Positions 1 through 8,421 of a stretch of 64,000 nt of DNA are shown here, piece after piece. The position numbers and the translations under genes were made by a program. Positions within the stretch are counted from its first letter, which is position 1. The number at the start of each line of letters is the position of its first letter. The notes under the pieces are model-generated. The model saw only the letters and a program-made list of their open reading frames with translations, searched no databases and was not told the origin of the DNA. This DNA comes from a bacterium (GTDB lineage Bacteria; CLD3; SB21): assembly GCA_019695335.1 (NCBI GenBank), contig JAIBAF010000013.1:3281-67280 (forward strand). Reading direction: 5' to 3'.

Positions 1-497
1 TATAAAGGCATCCAATTACGGTGATCAATGTCCTCGCCTTGCGTCCAGATCTGTTTTTGACTGATATTACGCTGATCATTCCAGCCAACAAAATAAATTC
101 CAGAGCGCGGGTGCGCTTCATACACGAAACTGATGCTGTCCTTGCTGTTCCATGTCAACGCCGGTTGTGGATAAATTATAATCTGTGAACCGGTGTTTTT
201 AAATTTAACGTCTTTACCGCCTAATGTCGCTTTGATGATTGTAAGTTTGATTCCATCAAACGCAATACTGTCCACTTGTTTACGAATCGGTTTGAAATAA
301 TGAGTAATTTTACCTTTAACTATGCCTTTGGGAGGATCGAACGATACGTCAAGTTTTAATCGTTCAATATCCAGAACATGGTCGCGAGTTTTGACATCGG
401 GATCGGTATAAAACTTTTCAGTTGGATATTCCGTTTGTTGTGCATAAAGAGAACACCACATGGTCATTACTATCCATACAATCGCTAATACTCTCAT
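1..497 (-). CDS. M1-family aminopeptidase, N-terminal part (gene runs off the left edge)
   Basis: My own minus-strand translation from the ATG at 497 gives MRVLAIVWIVMTMWCSLYAQQ (signal peptide) ... GIYFVGWND ... QIWTQGEDIDHRNWMP. This resembles the N-terminal beta domain of aminopeptidase N-type enzymes. It is absent from the ORF track because it is truncated by the window edge. Confidence 0.45.
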   Translation of the reverse strand, partial: MRVLAIVWIVMTMWCSLYAQQTEYPTEKFYTDPDVKTRDHVLDIERLKLDVSFDPPKGIVKGKITHYFKPIRKQVDSIAFDGIKLTIIKATLGGKDVKFKNTGSQIIIYPQPALTWNSKDSISFVYEAHPRSGIYFVGWNDQRNISQKQIWTQGEDIDHRNWMPL

Positions 498-591
498 AAC
501 ATGATTTTCCTTTGATGGTTGTAAATAACAATTTCAGTTAATGACGATCATCGTCCTTATGTCTCATTAAGTTTGACCGAAATTAGCATAG

Positions 592-1158
592 TCATTTTTC
601 ACGCACAATGTTTAAAATTTTAATCTGAGGTTTTAAATATTGGCCTTCTTCAGGCTGTTGATGGATTTTCTTCACTACTTCCATGCCTTCGATGACGCGG
701 CCAAAAGCCGCAAAACCTTGTCCGTCAGGATTGCGTTTGCCTCCGTAATCGAGTTCCGGCTGATCGCCAACACAAATAAAAAATTCTGATCCGGCCGTAC
801 CAGGCTCTGCTCGTGCATAGGAAATAACGCCGTCAAGATGATGAATACCCGTTTTTTCTGTTGTTTCATGTTCGATAGGAAAGTAACGGGTTTTGTCATC
901 TGAAAACAATCCGCCTTGAATGACTTCGATTTTAACAGGATTGTTCGGTTGGTTTTTCATCGTTACAACACGATAAAAAACGGAATTGACATACAACTCT
1001 TCGTCGACGTACATGAGAAAATTTTCTGCAGAAATCGGCGCTTGTTTCACAAAAACTTCTACGCGAATATCACCCAGTTCTGTGTGTATAACAACTGTGG
1101 GGTTTTGTGAGAACAATGCTCCAATCCCAAACAGTAAAAGAAGCAATGTTGTTTTCAT
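592..1158 (-). CDS. Secreted cyclophilin-type peptidyl-prolyl cis-trans isomerase
   Basis: Signal peptide MKTTLLLLLFGIGALFSQ. Cyclophilin motifs FYRVV, GTAGSEFFICVG and FGRVIEGMEVV. Confidence 0.85.
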   Translation of the reverse strand: MKTTLLLLLFGIGALFSQNPTVVIHTELGDIRVEVFVKQAPISAENFLMYVDEELYVNSVFYRVVTMKNQPNNPVKIEVIQGGLFSDDKTRYFPIEHETTEKTGIHHLDGVISYARAEPGTAGSEFFICVGDQPELDYGGKRNPDGQGFAAFGRVIEGMEVVKKIHQQPEEGQYLKPQIKILNIVREK

Positions 1159-1241
1159 AGGTCATGAATTTGTGGTTAACAAACTAATTATTGAAACTCA
1201 ATTAATCAATCAAGGAAATCAGAATACCCTAAACAGGTCAT

Positions 1242-2186
1242 TCAAATAAGGCGACCGGATTTCAAAATGTATAAACCGGTTGAAATCGTAAGAATTGAGC
1301 CTAATGTAGAAATTAGAATAATATTACCGGCAAGCTTTGAATTGCCGCCCATAGCTTCAGCCATGACAAAACTCACAATAGCCGTCGGACACGCAAACAA
1401 AATAAACATAATACCGATATCTACTCCGGAATAATTGAAGAGATAAGCAAAATACGTCAACAGGAGAGGTGTAATTATAATTTTGAGTACTGATGCGGAA
1501 AAAGCTATTTTAGAAGCGCGTTTAACTTCTTCAAAATTGAGCGCCCCGCCAATGCCGATTAAAGCCATCGGAAGCGTGAGAGCCGAAAGATACCCGGCGG
1601 TTTTGGAAAGAATCGGATGAATACTGATTTTAAAATATATAAAAGGGAGCGATATCAATACTGCAATGATCAAAGGATTTTTAGCAACCTCCCAAAGCGC
1701 ATCTGAAATATTCAAGCTGCGTTCATGCCGCATCGGCACTGTCAACGCAATCACAGCCAAAACGTTGTACAACGGAAGAATAAATGCCAATACAATCGAT
1801 GCTTTGCCGAGGTGTTCTTCTCCAAATAAATTAGCAACCAATGCCAGTCCGATAACAGCATAATTTCCCCGAAAACTTCCCTGGATAAAGACGCTCCTGT
1901 CTCGCCCATCCTGAATGAACGGTCTTGACAACAGCCAACTCATTATGAAAGAGATTAATGTACCTACATAAACAAAGATTACTTGATTCAATTCAAAGGT
2001 TGCATGGATATCCAACCGCGATAATTCTAAAAACACCAACACCGGAAGAGAAACATTAAATACAATTCGTGAAGAAAGATTAACGAAATTGTCATTGACC
2101 AACCCGATTTTTCGTAAGAAAATTCCGAGAAATACGATTAAAAAAACCGGAAGGACGGTATTAGCTATGAATAGTAAATTTTCCAT
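1242..2186 (-). CDS. AEC (auxin efflux carrier) family membrane transporter
   Basis: 314 aa with about 10 hydrophobic helices. The two-half architecture with a central loop is typical of the AEC/membrane transport protein family. Confidence 0.65.
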   Translation of the reverse strand: MENLLFIANTVLPVFLIVFLGIFLRKIGLVNDNFVNLSSRIVFNVSLPVLVFLELSRLDIHATFELNQVIFVYVGTLISFIMSWLLSRPFIQDGRDRSVFIQGSFRGNYAVIGLALVANLFGEEHLGKASIVLAFILPLYNVLAVIALTVPMRHERSLNISDALWEVAKNPLIIAVLISLPFIYFKISIHPILSKTAGYLSALTLPMALIGIGGALNFEEVKRASKIAFSASVLKIIITPLLLTYFAYLFNYSGVDIGIMFILFACPTAIVSFVMAEAMGGNSKLAGNIILISTLGSILTISTGLYILKSGRLI

Positions 2187-2288
2187 CAGCAGTTGACATT
2201 AATTTAGGCAGCAATGTAAAAAAGAAATCTGCCAACATCCATTTTTTTGTTCGATTCGGATTTTTTTAGTTTATAAAACTAAGGAAAA

Positions 2289-2322
2289 TAAAAAAAGGCG
2301 TAGTAACCTACGCCTTTTTAGA
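2289..2322 (-). terminator. Rho-independent terminator (bidirectional shape) downstream of the 2337-3617 gene
   Basis: Stem GGCGTAG (2297-2303) pairs with CTACGCC (2308-2314) around a 4-nt loop. It is flanked by an A-run and a T-run. Confidence 0.75.
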
Positions 2323-2336
2323 AAAATGGTTCCCGT

Positions 2337-3617
2337 TTATTTTAATTTTGTTTTCAGAATGACAACATCTTTGAGCTGATCGTATGGTTTAATTTTTCTG
2401 TTATCAAAACCGCTCCTTAACTGCGCATTGGCAATATAGTAATACCAATCGCCTCCAATTTCACCCGTCGTCGCCTGATCGAAGTGCGGATTATTGGCTT
2501 CAATGATCGTTACACCGGTCACGTTCTTCATATCCGGACTCAAATGAAATTTTTTAATCCTTCCAACAACACCGGATTGATGGGCGATCAGAATTCGATC
2601 ATAGAACGCAAGACCGTCGACTCCGCCGAGCGGAATTAATTCAGGATGTTTTAGAAAACGATAATCACGTGTCACTCTATCAATGATCATGATTCCTAAA
2701 GCGTCTGCAACGAATAAATATTTTCCATCTGAAGATTTGGTGATTCCGTTCAAAAAAACCGCCCTTTCCGGTTTAAGGAATATTTCTAATGAATCCCGTG
2801 CATGATTGATCCAAAAAATTTCTCCGGATTGTGAATCGGTTATGTACACATTGCCTTCTTGATCGACTGTCAGATCGTTAAAAAAATGATCGCCTTTTGG
2901 TCCGGGATATTTACGGATCAATTGGCCGGTACGTAAATCGAATTGATGAACAATCGTCGTTAACTGTTCTTCGCCGATGCCTTCGGCAATCGGCATATTA
3001 GGATTCCGGCAACTGTTAACCCAGATCACGCGATGCCGGGCATCGACTTCCATTCCTACCACGCCGAGTAATCCGTCTTGTTTTTCAGCCACAAAGTCAT
3101 CGCTGCTTCCATCGGGATAAATCCGTTTGACCTTGCGTTTGTAGGATGAACTGATGAACAATTGCCCTGTCGAATCGTCAAACGCCGTTCCTTCCGGAAT
3201 GAGGTCGCGCTCTTTAATAGTGAACGCAACGATACTGTTATTAACCGGTTTGCGCAACGCGTCGATTTCCTTCAAAAGCCTTATAAATTCTTTATCATTT
3301 CGAAATGAATAAAAGGCGCTATCGGTGGGCGCATTCAGAACAAAATCGCTTCCCATAGCAATACCTTGTTTCAATTTAAGAAGTGCTTTGTCTTTTTGAT
3401 TTTGCCAGCCGTGTACTTGAGCCATCAAATAATAAATTTCAGTATCGCTGGGAATTAATTGCTCAAGCCGGTACAATTTTGTTTCAGCTAGTGAATAGTT
3501 TCGGTTTTGGTACGCATCAAGCACTTCATAATACAGCTTAAGCGCGTCTTGTTCTTGGGCAAATAACAAGCAGGGATAGAAAAAGATTAAAAAAAGTTTC
3601 ATTGATAAAACCTTCAT
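2337..3617 (-). CDS. Secreted TPR plus beta-propeller (SMP-30/gluconolactonase/NHL-like) protein, function unknown
   Basis: Signal peptide MKVLSMKLFLIFFYPCLLFAQ. TPR-like helices in the N-terminal part. Propeller-like strands such as NVYITDSQSGEIFWI and GKYLFVADALG. The start at 3617 was chosen because it forms an ATGA overlap with the upstream stop (3614-3617). Confidence 0.5.
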   Translation of the reverse strand: MKVLSMKLFLIFFYPCLLFAQEQDALKLYYEVLDAYQNRNYSLAETKLYRLEQLIPSDTEIYYLMAQVHGWQNQKDKALLKLKQGIAMGSDFVLNAPTDSAFYSFRNDKEFIRLLKEIDALRKPVNNSIVAFTIKERDLIPEGTAFDDSTGQLFISSSYKRKVKRIYPDGSSDDFVAEKQDGLLGVVGMEVDARHRVIWVNSCRNPNMPIAEGIGEEQLTTIVHQFDLRTGQLIRKYPGPKGDHFFNDLTVDQEGNVYITDSQSGEIFWINHARDSLEIFLKPERAVFLNGITKSSDGKYLFVADALGIMIIDRVTRDYRFLKHPELIPLGGVDGLAFYDRILIAHQSGVVGRIKKFHLSPDMKNVTGVTIIEANNPHFDQATTGEIGGDWYYYIANAQLRSGFDNRKIKPYDQLKDVVILKTKLK

Positions 3618-4072
3618 TTTTGAGTGGATGTCATTGCAATTAGTTTCCATTCATCCGCACGTTTTCGATACAGCGTTGTCCAGGCAAAAACCGTCGTATC
3701 GATTACAGACTGTCCTTGCTCATTCTGGTAGCTTAGGATTACGATTTTCTGGACAAAGGTACTGGCCATACTTGCATCATCAGAAATTTCGATGATGGGC
3801 TCGGCGATATCATCCCACTTTATAAATTCAACACGATCAAAATAGCGTTTGAAATTTTCGCGCATTTGCCGGTTTGTGCGAAACCCCAATTCGCCATTTC
3901 GGATAAAGAGCAGCGTATCCGCCTGTTCCGATGCCAATAGATCGATATTTTCTTCAAGATGCGCCGTCCGTTGCCGCTCATGCAGTTTTAAAAGCTCTCT
4001 TCTCTCCTTTTCAATATCAGGATTATTGCAGGCGACTGTAATCAGTACACTAATCCATAGTACATATCTCAT
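3614..4072 (-). CDS. Lipoprotein with SnoaL/DUF4440-like (NTF2 fold) domain
   Basis: N-terminal LITVAC lipobox-like signal. About 130 aa with the pattern typical of DUF4440 proteins, ending in RKRADEWKLIAMTS. Confidence 0.5.
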   Translation of the reverse strand: MRYVLWISVLITVACNNPDIEKERRELLKLHERQRTAHLEENIDLLASEQADTLLFIRNGELGFRTNRQMRENFKRYFDRVEFIKWDDIAEPIIEISDDASMASTFVQKIVILSYQNEQGQSVIDTTVFAWTTLYRKRADEWKLIAMTSTQK

Positions 4073-4092
4073 ATGTCACTCCTTTAAAAAAA

Positions 4093-4111
4093 TTACTACA
4101 CTGTGTAGTAA
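4093..4111. promoter_or_regulatory. Perfect 9-bp inverted repeat TTACTACAC-T-GTGTAGTAA, candidate BlaI/MecI/CopY-type operator
   Basis: Read directly from the sequence. It lies 21 bp upstream of the 4072 start codon and shares the ACTAC..GTAGT core with the dyad in front of the blaI-like gene. Confidence 0.5.
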
Positions 4112-4127
4112 ATTACTTTAAAAAAAT

Positions 4128-5057
4128 TTATTGTGAACAGCCTGAATAACACAAATGTGTTCGCTTACCGTGCCCTGTCGACCATTCCAATTGATTCTCC
4201 GAATGAAATTTGATGATCCAAATTCCAATCGCAATAACGACTAATCCGATAATCATGCGTCGATAACGAACAAAACGATTACCTTTTCCTTGATGTATGA
4301 GGCGATCTAAGCGTTTTTCAAGCGACGCCGTAGCTGAGCTTGCAATCACCGGAACCGCCATTTCATTTCCGAGTGATAAATTCCACACTTTAACAAGGGC
4401 CGACGCCAGTTCCAACGGCCGATTAAAAACTTTCGAAACGATTTCGTCGCATGTTTGTTCATAAAACAGAACAAACGCCGGTTCCACATAACGATTAAAA
4501 AATAAAATCATTATTTGTGCCAACAATACAGAGAGCATGAGGCCGGCAAAATCAAAACGTTCATCAAGCGCCCGGTAAAATATCGCCAGACTGATAGCGT
4601 AAGATATCCATGTCAAAAAAGTTGTGGCCATTACTTTTTGCAAAAATTTCCTTAAATTATCCCGGCGCTTAACATGCACAAGTTCATGGGCCAATACCTG
4701 CCTTAATTCCCATTCATTCAAATTTCTTAATACCAATGGTGTTATAAATATTACCGGCTTCAAAAGCCCGGCGGTAAATACCGGTATCTCATTGGTAATG
4801 ATTCGAAGATCCGGATTAATGTGAAATTTCATAGCCGATGCAACTGACAACATGCTATCGTGCAATACACTATCGGCCTTGACCGATTGTTGAATTAATT
4901 TTTTCATTGAATATCCGTGCGTCCATAATCGAATCACAAATACCAATAGCAGCAAACACAGTAAACTCTGCAGGAAAAGTACATAACCACACCCGATTGG
5001 ATTCACAATAAAAAAACTTAAGAAAGTCAGAATATCGACGTAATACTGGCTCAACAT
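4128..5057 (-). CDS. M56-family (BlaR1/MecR1-like) membrane metalloprotease without a recognisable extracellular sensor domain
   Basis: HEXXH motif in AHELVHVKRRD. Multiple TM helices. Located 1 nt downstream of a BlaI-type repressor gene. Only 309 aa, with a Cys/His-rich tail HGKRTHLCYSGCSQ. Confidence 0.75.
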   Translation of the reverse strand: MLSQYYVDILTFLSFFIVNPIGCGYVLFLQSLLCLLLLVFVIRLWTHGYSMKKLIQQSVKADSVLHDSMLSVASAMKFHINPDLRIITNEIPVFTAGLLKPVIFITPLVLRNLNEWELRQVLAHELVHVKRRDNLRKFLQKVMATTFLTWISYAISLAIFYRALDERFDFAGLMLSVLLAQIMILFFNRYVEPAFVLFYEQTCDEIVSKVFNRPLELASALVKVWNLSLGNEMAVPVIASSATASLEKRLDRLIHQGKGNRFVRYRRMIIGLVVIAIGIWIIKFHSENQLEWSTGHGKRTHLCYSGCSQ

Positions 5058-5058
5058 A

Positions 5059-5484
5059 CTATTTTTTTTGTTTTTTTAATTTGGCGTCAATTAACTTAGA
5101 TAGTTCATGAATTTTCTGAGGATCTTCTTTTTCCAGCGAATCCACAAACTGACTTAATAAGGGCAACGAAAAGTCGGAAAGCAATCCTTTGAGAATAGTT
5201 TGGGAGGTTGTTTGAGTAAATATTTCCCGCGTCAGAATAGGCTCATAAATAAATGCATTCCCATCTTTAATTTTTTTCAATACGCCCTTCTGCGCAAGCC
5301 GCGTCATGACGGTCATAACCGTGGTATACGCAATACGGCGTTTAAGTTTCAATTTTTCAAAAACGTCTCTGACAGTCAAACGGCCGCTATTCCAAAGCAC
5401 TTCCATAATATCGGCTTCAAGATCACCAAAGATTTTTCGCAATCCGGTTTGGCGCGGATCAAATGTAAAATAATACTTTTTCAT
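5059..5484 (-). CDS. BlaI/MecI/CopY family transcriptional repressor
   Basis: 141 aa. Winged-helix region ADIMEVLWNSGRLTVRDVFEKL...YTTVMTVMTRLAQKGVL is typical of the Penicillinase_R family. It is paired with the M56 protease gene. Confidence 0.85.
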   Translation of the reverse strand: MKKYYFTFDPRQTGLRKIFGDLEADIMEVLWNSGRLTVRDVFEKLKLKRRIAYTTVMTVMTRLAQKGVLKKIKDGNAFIYEPILTREIFTQTTSQTILKGLLSDFSLPLLSQFVDSLEKEDPQKIHELSKLIDAKLKKQKK

Positions 5485-5492
5485 ATAAGTCT

Positions 5493-5507
5493 ACTACGTT
5501 GCGTAGT
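5493..5507. promoter_or_regulatory. Dyad ACTACG-TTG-CGTAGT, candidate autoregulatory operator of the blaI-like operon
   Basis: 6-bp arms read directly from the sequence, 9-23 nt upstream of the ATG at 5484. Confidence 0.45.
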
Positions 5508-5543
5508 TAGATAAGTTACAAAAAAACTTAGAGTTTTTTTGCG

Positions 5544-6719
5544 TTATGAATTAACGTGATTTGAACGAATTCGCCCCAACATACCTGCGGATACTGCGCC
5601 TAAGCCCAGCATACCGATCCAAAGAACGTCCGGTCCCCAATGTTCATAAATCTGAATGCCGATCCATGGCCCGAGAATAAAGGCGAGGCTGAAGGTCATC
5701 TGATAATAACCCATATATTCGCCTCTGCGGTTAGGCGGCGCTATTTCTCCCATATATGCCGCCAATCCTGGAAACAAAATCATTTCGCCAAAAGTCCATA
5801 TCACAACCGACCCGGCTACCGTCCACATGTCGACTGTCAAAATCATAGCACCGAAACCTAAACCGACCAATACGGCACCCAACGCAAGAGTATGGCTATG
5901 TTTCCAATGGCTCATTTTCATATTGAGCCATACTTCCGCAACAATAATCAACGCCGTATTGATCGTAAACAAAATCCCGTAGGCCGATTCATGCAAATGG
6001 AGATCGTTGACCAAATACAAAGGCATCGACGATTCGTGCTGAAAAAAAACCATCACTACCGGCACAACAGCCATCAAGAAATACATGAGCCGTTTATCTT
6101 TATAGGCTATTCCTTCGTGGTGTTGGGTCTGGATCGTCATATCGTGAGAAATAATTCGCCACGGTGCAAACATCAGGACAAATCCGGCCATTAAAGCGAA
6201 TCCCCCATTTACTATAAAAAGCGTTGGATACGACACTAATACTAAAAAACCCCCGACCGCCGGACCGATGCTCATACCGATATTAATAGCGAGCCGTTGA
6301 AGAGCGTATGCTGATTTTCGCTGCCCGGGCTGAGTCATATCCGTAATGACGGCAAGGCTGGCGGGACGAAAAGCTTCACTCATCATCGCCCATGTGACAG
6401 TGGCTCCAAATACAACTGCGAAACTTTGGGCTAAAGGATACGCCATCATGACTATCGATGACAAAAAAAGCGATAAAAGCATAACTTTTCTGTGGCCGAG
6501 AAAATCGGATAACCTTCCTGAAAACGGAGCGGATACCAGTGCCCCAATGCCGTATCCAATAAATACCCATGCAGCCTGATCCGATGAAAAATTCAAATTA
6601 CGTGTCAGGTATAACACCAAAAAGGGCAAAGCCATAGTCCCCGTCCGATTGACCAATGTGGTTGTAAAAATTACCCACAGTTCCTTAGGTAACTCCCGTA
6701 AGCTTTTCCATGGATTCAT
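5544..6719 (-). CDS. MFS transporter
   Basis: 391 aa with about 12 TM helices. MFS loop motif GRLSDFLGHRKV between TM2 and TM3. Confidence 0.8.
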   Translation of the reverse strand: MNPWKSLRELPKELWVIFTTTLVNRTGTMALPFLVLYLTRNLNFSSDQAAWVFIGYGIGALVSAPFSGRLSDFLGHRKVMLLSLFLSSIVMMAYPLAQSFAVVFGATVTWAMMSEAFRPASLAVITDMTQPGQRKSAYALQRLAINIGMSIGPAVGGFLVLVSYPTLFIVNGGFALMAGFVLMFAPWRIISHDMTIQTQHHEGIAYKDKRLMYFLMAVVPVVMVFFQHESSMPLYLVNDLHLHESAYGILFTINTALIIVAEVWLNMKMSHWKHSHTLALGAVLVGLGFGAMILTVDMWTVAGSVVIWTFGEMILFPGLAAYMGEIAPPNRRGEYMGYYQMTFSLAFILGPWIGIQIYEHWGPDVLWIGMLGLGAVSAGMLGRIRSNHVNS

Positions 6720-6749
6720 TTAAAAAAATTTTCCTTTGAGTTTTGCAGT

Positions 6750-7391
6750 TTAATACTGATCCGGATATTTACCTTTGAAATTTAAAAAATAATCGTGCAT
6801 AAAATGAATATCGTTATCCGCATTACCCGTTGGGTAAAAAAGTTCGCCGATATGCAGGATGCGCGTTGGATAGTCGAATGCAACCAAAAGAATTGGCACG
6901 TTGGCTCCAATCGCGATATAATAAAATCCAGTTCGCCATCGTTCTGTTTTTTTTCGTGTTCCCTCCGGTGAAAGACCGAGAATAAATTGTTCATGTCGTC
7001 CAAACAGATCAATGCATTGCCCAACCACGCCATTCGGATGAAAGCGGTCGACGGGCGTTCCACCGAGTTTTTCCCATAATGTTCCGAACGGCCAGCGAAA
7101 AATCGTGTCTTTGCCAAGCCAGCATACTTTAATGTCCAGCGCCATCAGCGCAGCCATGCCGACAACAAAATCCCAATTACTGGTATGCGGTGCGGCAATG
7201 GCCACAAATTTCGGAATGTCCGGTATCGGGCCCGAAACGTTCCATCGTAATATACTCAAGATAATCTGTCCGAACCATCGCACGATGACCCGGTGATAGC
7301 GCGGAATTTGCAAAGATAATTTAGGAAGATCCATGAAAAGGAATTGACAAACAGGCGATGTTTCTATAGATTTTCCAGACACATTAGACAT
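6750..7391 (-). CDS. PlsC-family lysophospholipid (1-acylglycerol-3-phosphate) acyltransferase
   Basis: HxxxxD motif in APHTSNWDF and PEGTR motif in SPEGTRKK. The true start may be an internal Met. Confidence 0.75.
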   Translation of the reverse strand: MSNVSGKSIETSPVCQFLFMDLPKLSLQIPRYHRVIVRWFGQIILSILRWNVSGPIPDIPKFVAIAAPHTSNWDFVVGMAALMALDIKVCWLGKDTIFRWPFGTLWEKLGGTPVDRFHPNGVVGQCIDLFGRHEQFILGLSPEGTRKKTERWRTGFYYIAIGANVPILLVAFDYPTRILHIGELFYPTGNADNDIHFMHDYFLNFKGKYPDQY

Positions 7392-7414
7392 TCCTCAACA
7401 CTTTTTCAAGTACC

Positions 7415-8275
7415 TTGAAAGGCCCTATGGCTGCTAAGAAAAAACACGCCCATCTCAATCACAAAAACATTCCGGTCAAAGCATTCGAAAATCTTGAATT
7501 TCTTCACAGCCCGGAGGCCCGAACAATCAGGATGTTAAGCGAACTGCATGAACCGCTTCGGCGTTTTCGCAAAATCGGTGTGCGCGACACTGTCGTGTTT
7601 TACGGTTCGGCCCGAACTCCCGATCCGGAAACAGCGAAAAAACGCTATAGTGAATTACGTAAAAAAGTTTCCAGGGAAAAAAATCCCTCCCGGAAACTTT
7701 TACAAACATTGGAATATGCTAAAATCGATCTGGATATGTCTCAGTATTACGGCGACGCCATGCAATTAGCTCATTTATTAACCAAATGGTCCCGCTCATT
7801 GTCCGGTGAGAAAAGATTTATTGTATGTTCCGGCGGCGGCCCCGGGATGATGGAGGCAGCCAACCGCGGAGCAAAAAAAGCAGGCGGTCCTTCGATTGGG
7901 TTGAATATCGAATTGCCATTCGAACAGATACCTAATAGTTACATCACACCGGAACTCAATTTTGAATTCCATTATTTTTTCATGCGCAAATTTTGGTTCG
8001 CTTATTTGGCTAAAGCATTGGTAGTTTTTCCAGGAGGATTTGGAACTCTGGATGAACTTTTTGAAATTCTGACGCTTGTGCAAACCAAAAAAATCGAAAA
8101 ACCGCTGACGATTGTGATCTACGGATCAGAATATTGGAAGGAAGTCATTAACTTCGATACCATGGTTCGGCATCATATGATCAGTTCGGAAGATCTCGAT
8201 CTCTTCCATTTTGCCGACACACCCGAATCAGCTTTCGAATTTCTCAAAAAGCAACTCACTAAAAATTATTTGTAG
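7415..8275 (+). CDS. LOG/TIGR00730 family Rossmann-fold nucleotide-binding protein
   Basis: Motifs GGGPGMMEAANRGA and PGGFGTLDELFE. Confidence 0.8.
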   Translation: MKGPMAAKKKHAHLNHKNIPVKAFENLEFLHSPEARTIRMLSELHEPLRRFRKIGVRDTVVFYGSARTPDPETAKKRYSELRKKVSREKNPSRKLLQTLEYAKIDLDMSQYYGDAMQLAHLLTKWSRSLSGEKRFIVCSGGGPGMMEAANRGAKKAGGPSIGLNIELPFEQIPNSYITPELNFEFHYFFMRKFWFAYLAKALVVFPGGFGTLDELFEILTLVQTKKIEKPLTIVIYGSEYWKEVINFDTMVRHHMISSEDLDLFHFADTPESAFEFLKKQLTKNYL

Positions 8276-8421
8276 ATCATGCCAATTCCCCATTTAAATC
8301 TCCTTTAAAGCAATTGAGAACTCATCTCATTTTGAAACCCACATTAAAGATTTTTAATTTTTACTCCGCAACTATTTTAGTATAATATTCTGGCAACTTT
8401 GGACTGCAACTATGGAAAACA

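Noticed and set aside
8381-8386. TATAAT hexamer 36-41 bp upstream of the cytochrome operon start as a sigma-70 -10 box
   Set aside because: No convincing -35 element lies at 16-18 bp spacing (TTTACT lies at 15 bp). FCB-group promoters also often use a different consensus. The evidence is too weak to list as a feature.
8391-8408. TGGCA...CTGCA resembling a sigma-54 -24/-12 promoter, and the direct repeat GCAACTTTGG/GCAACTATGG just upstream of the cytochrome operon
   Set aside because: The GG-to-GC distance is 14 nt instead of the canonical 12, and the element ends only about 14 nt before the start codon. The direct repeat is real but short, and I cannot attach a function to it.
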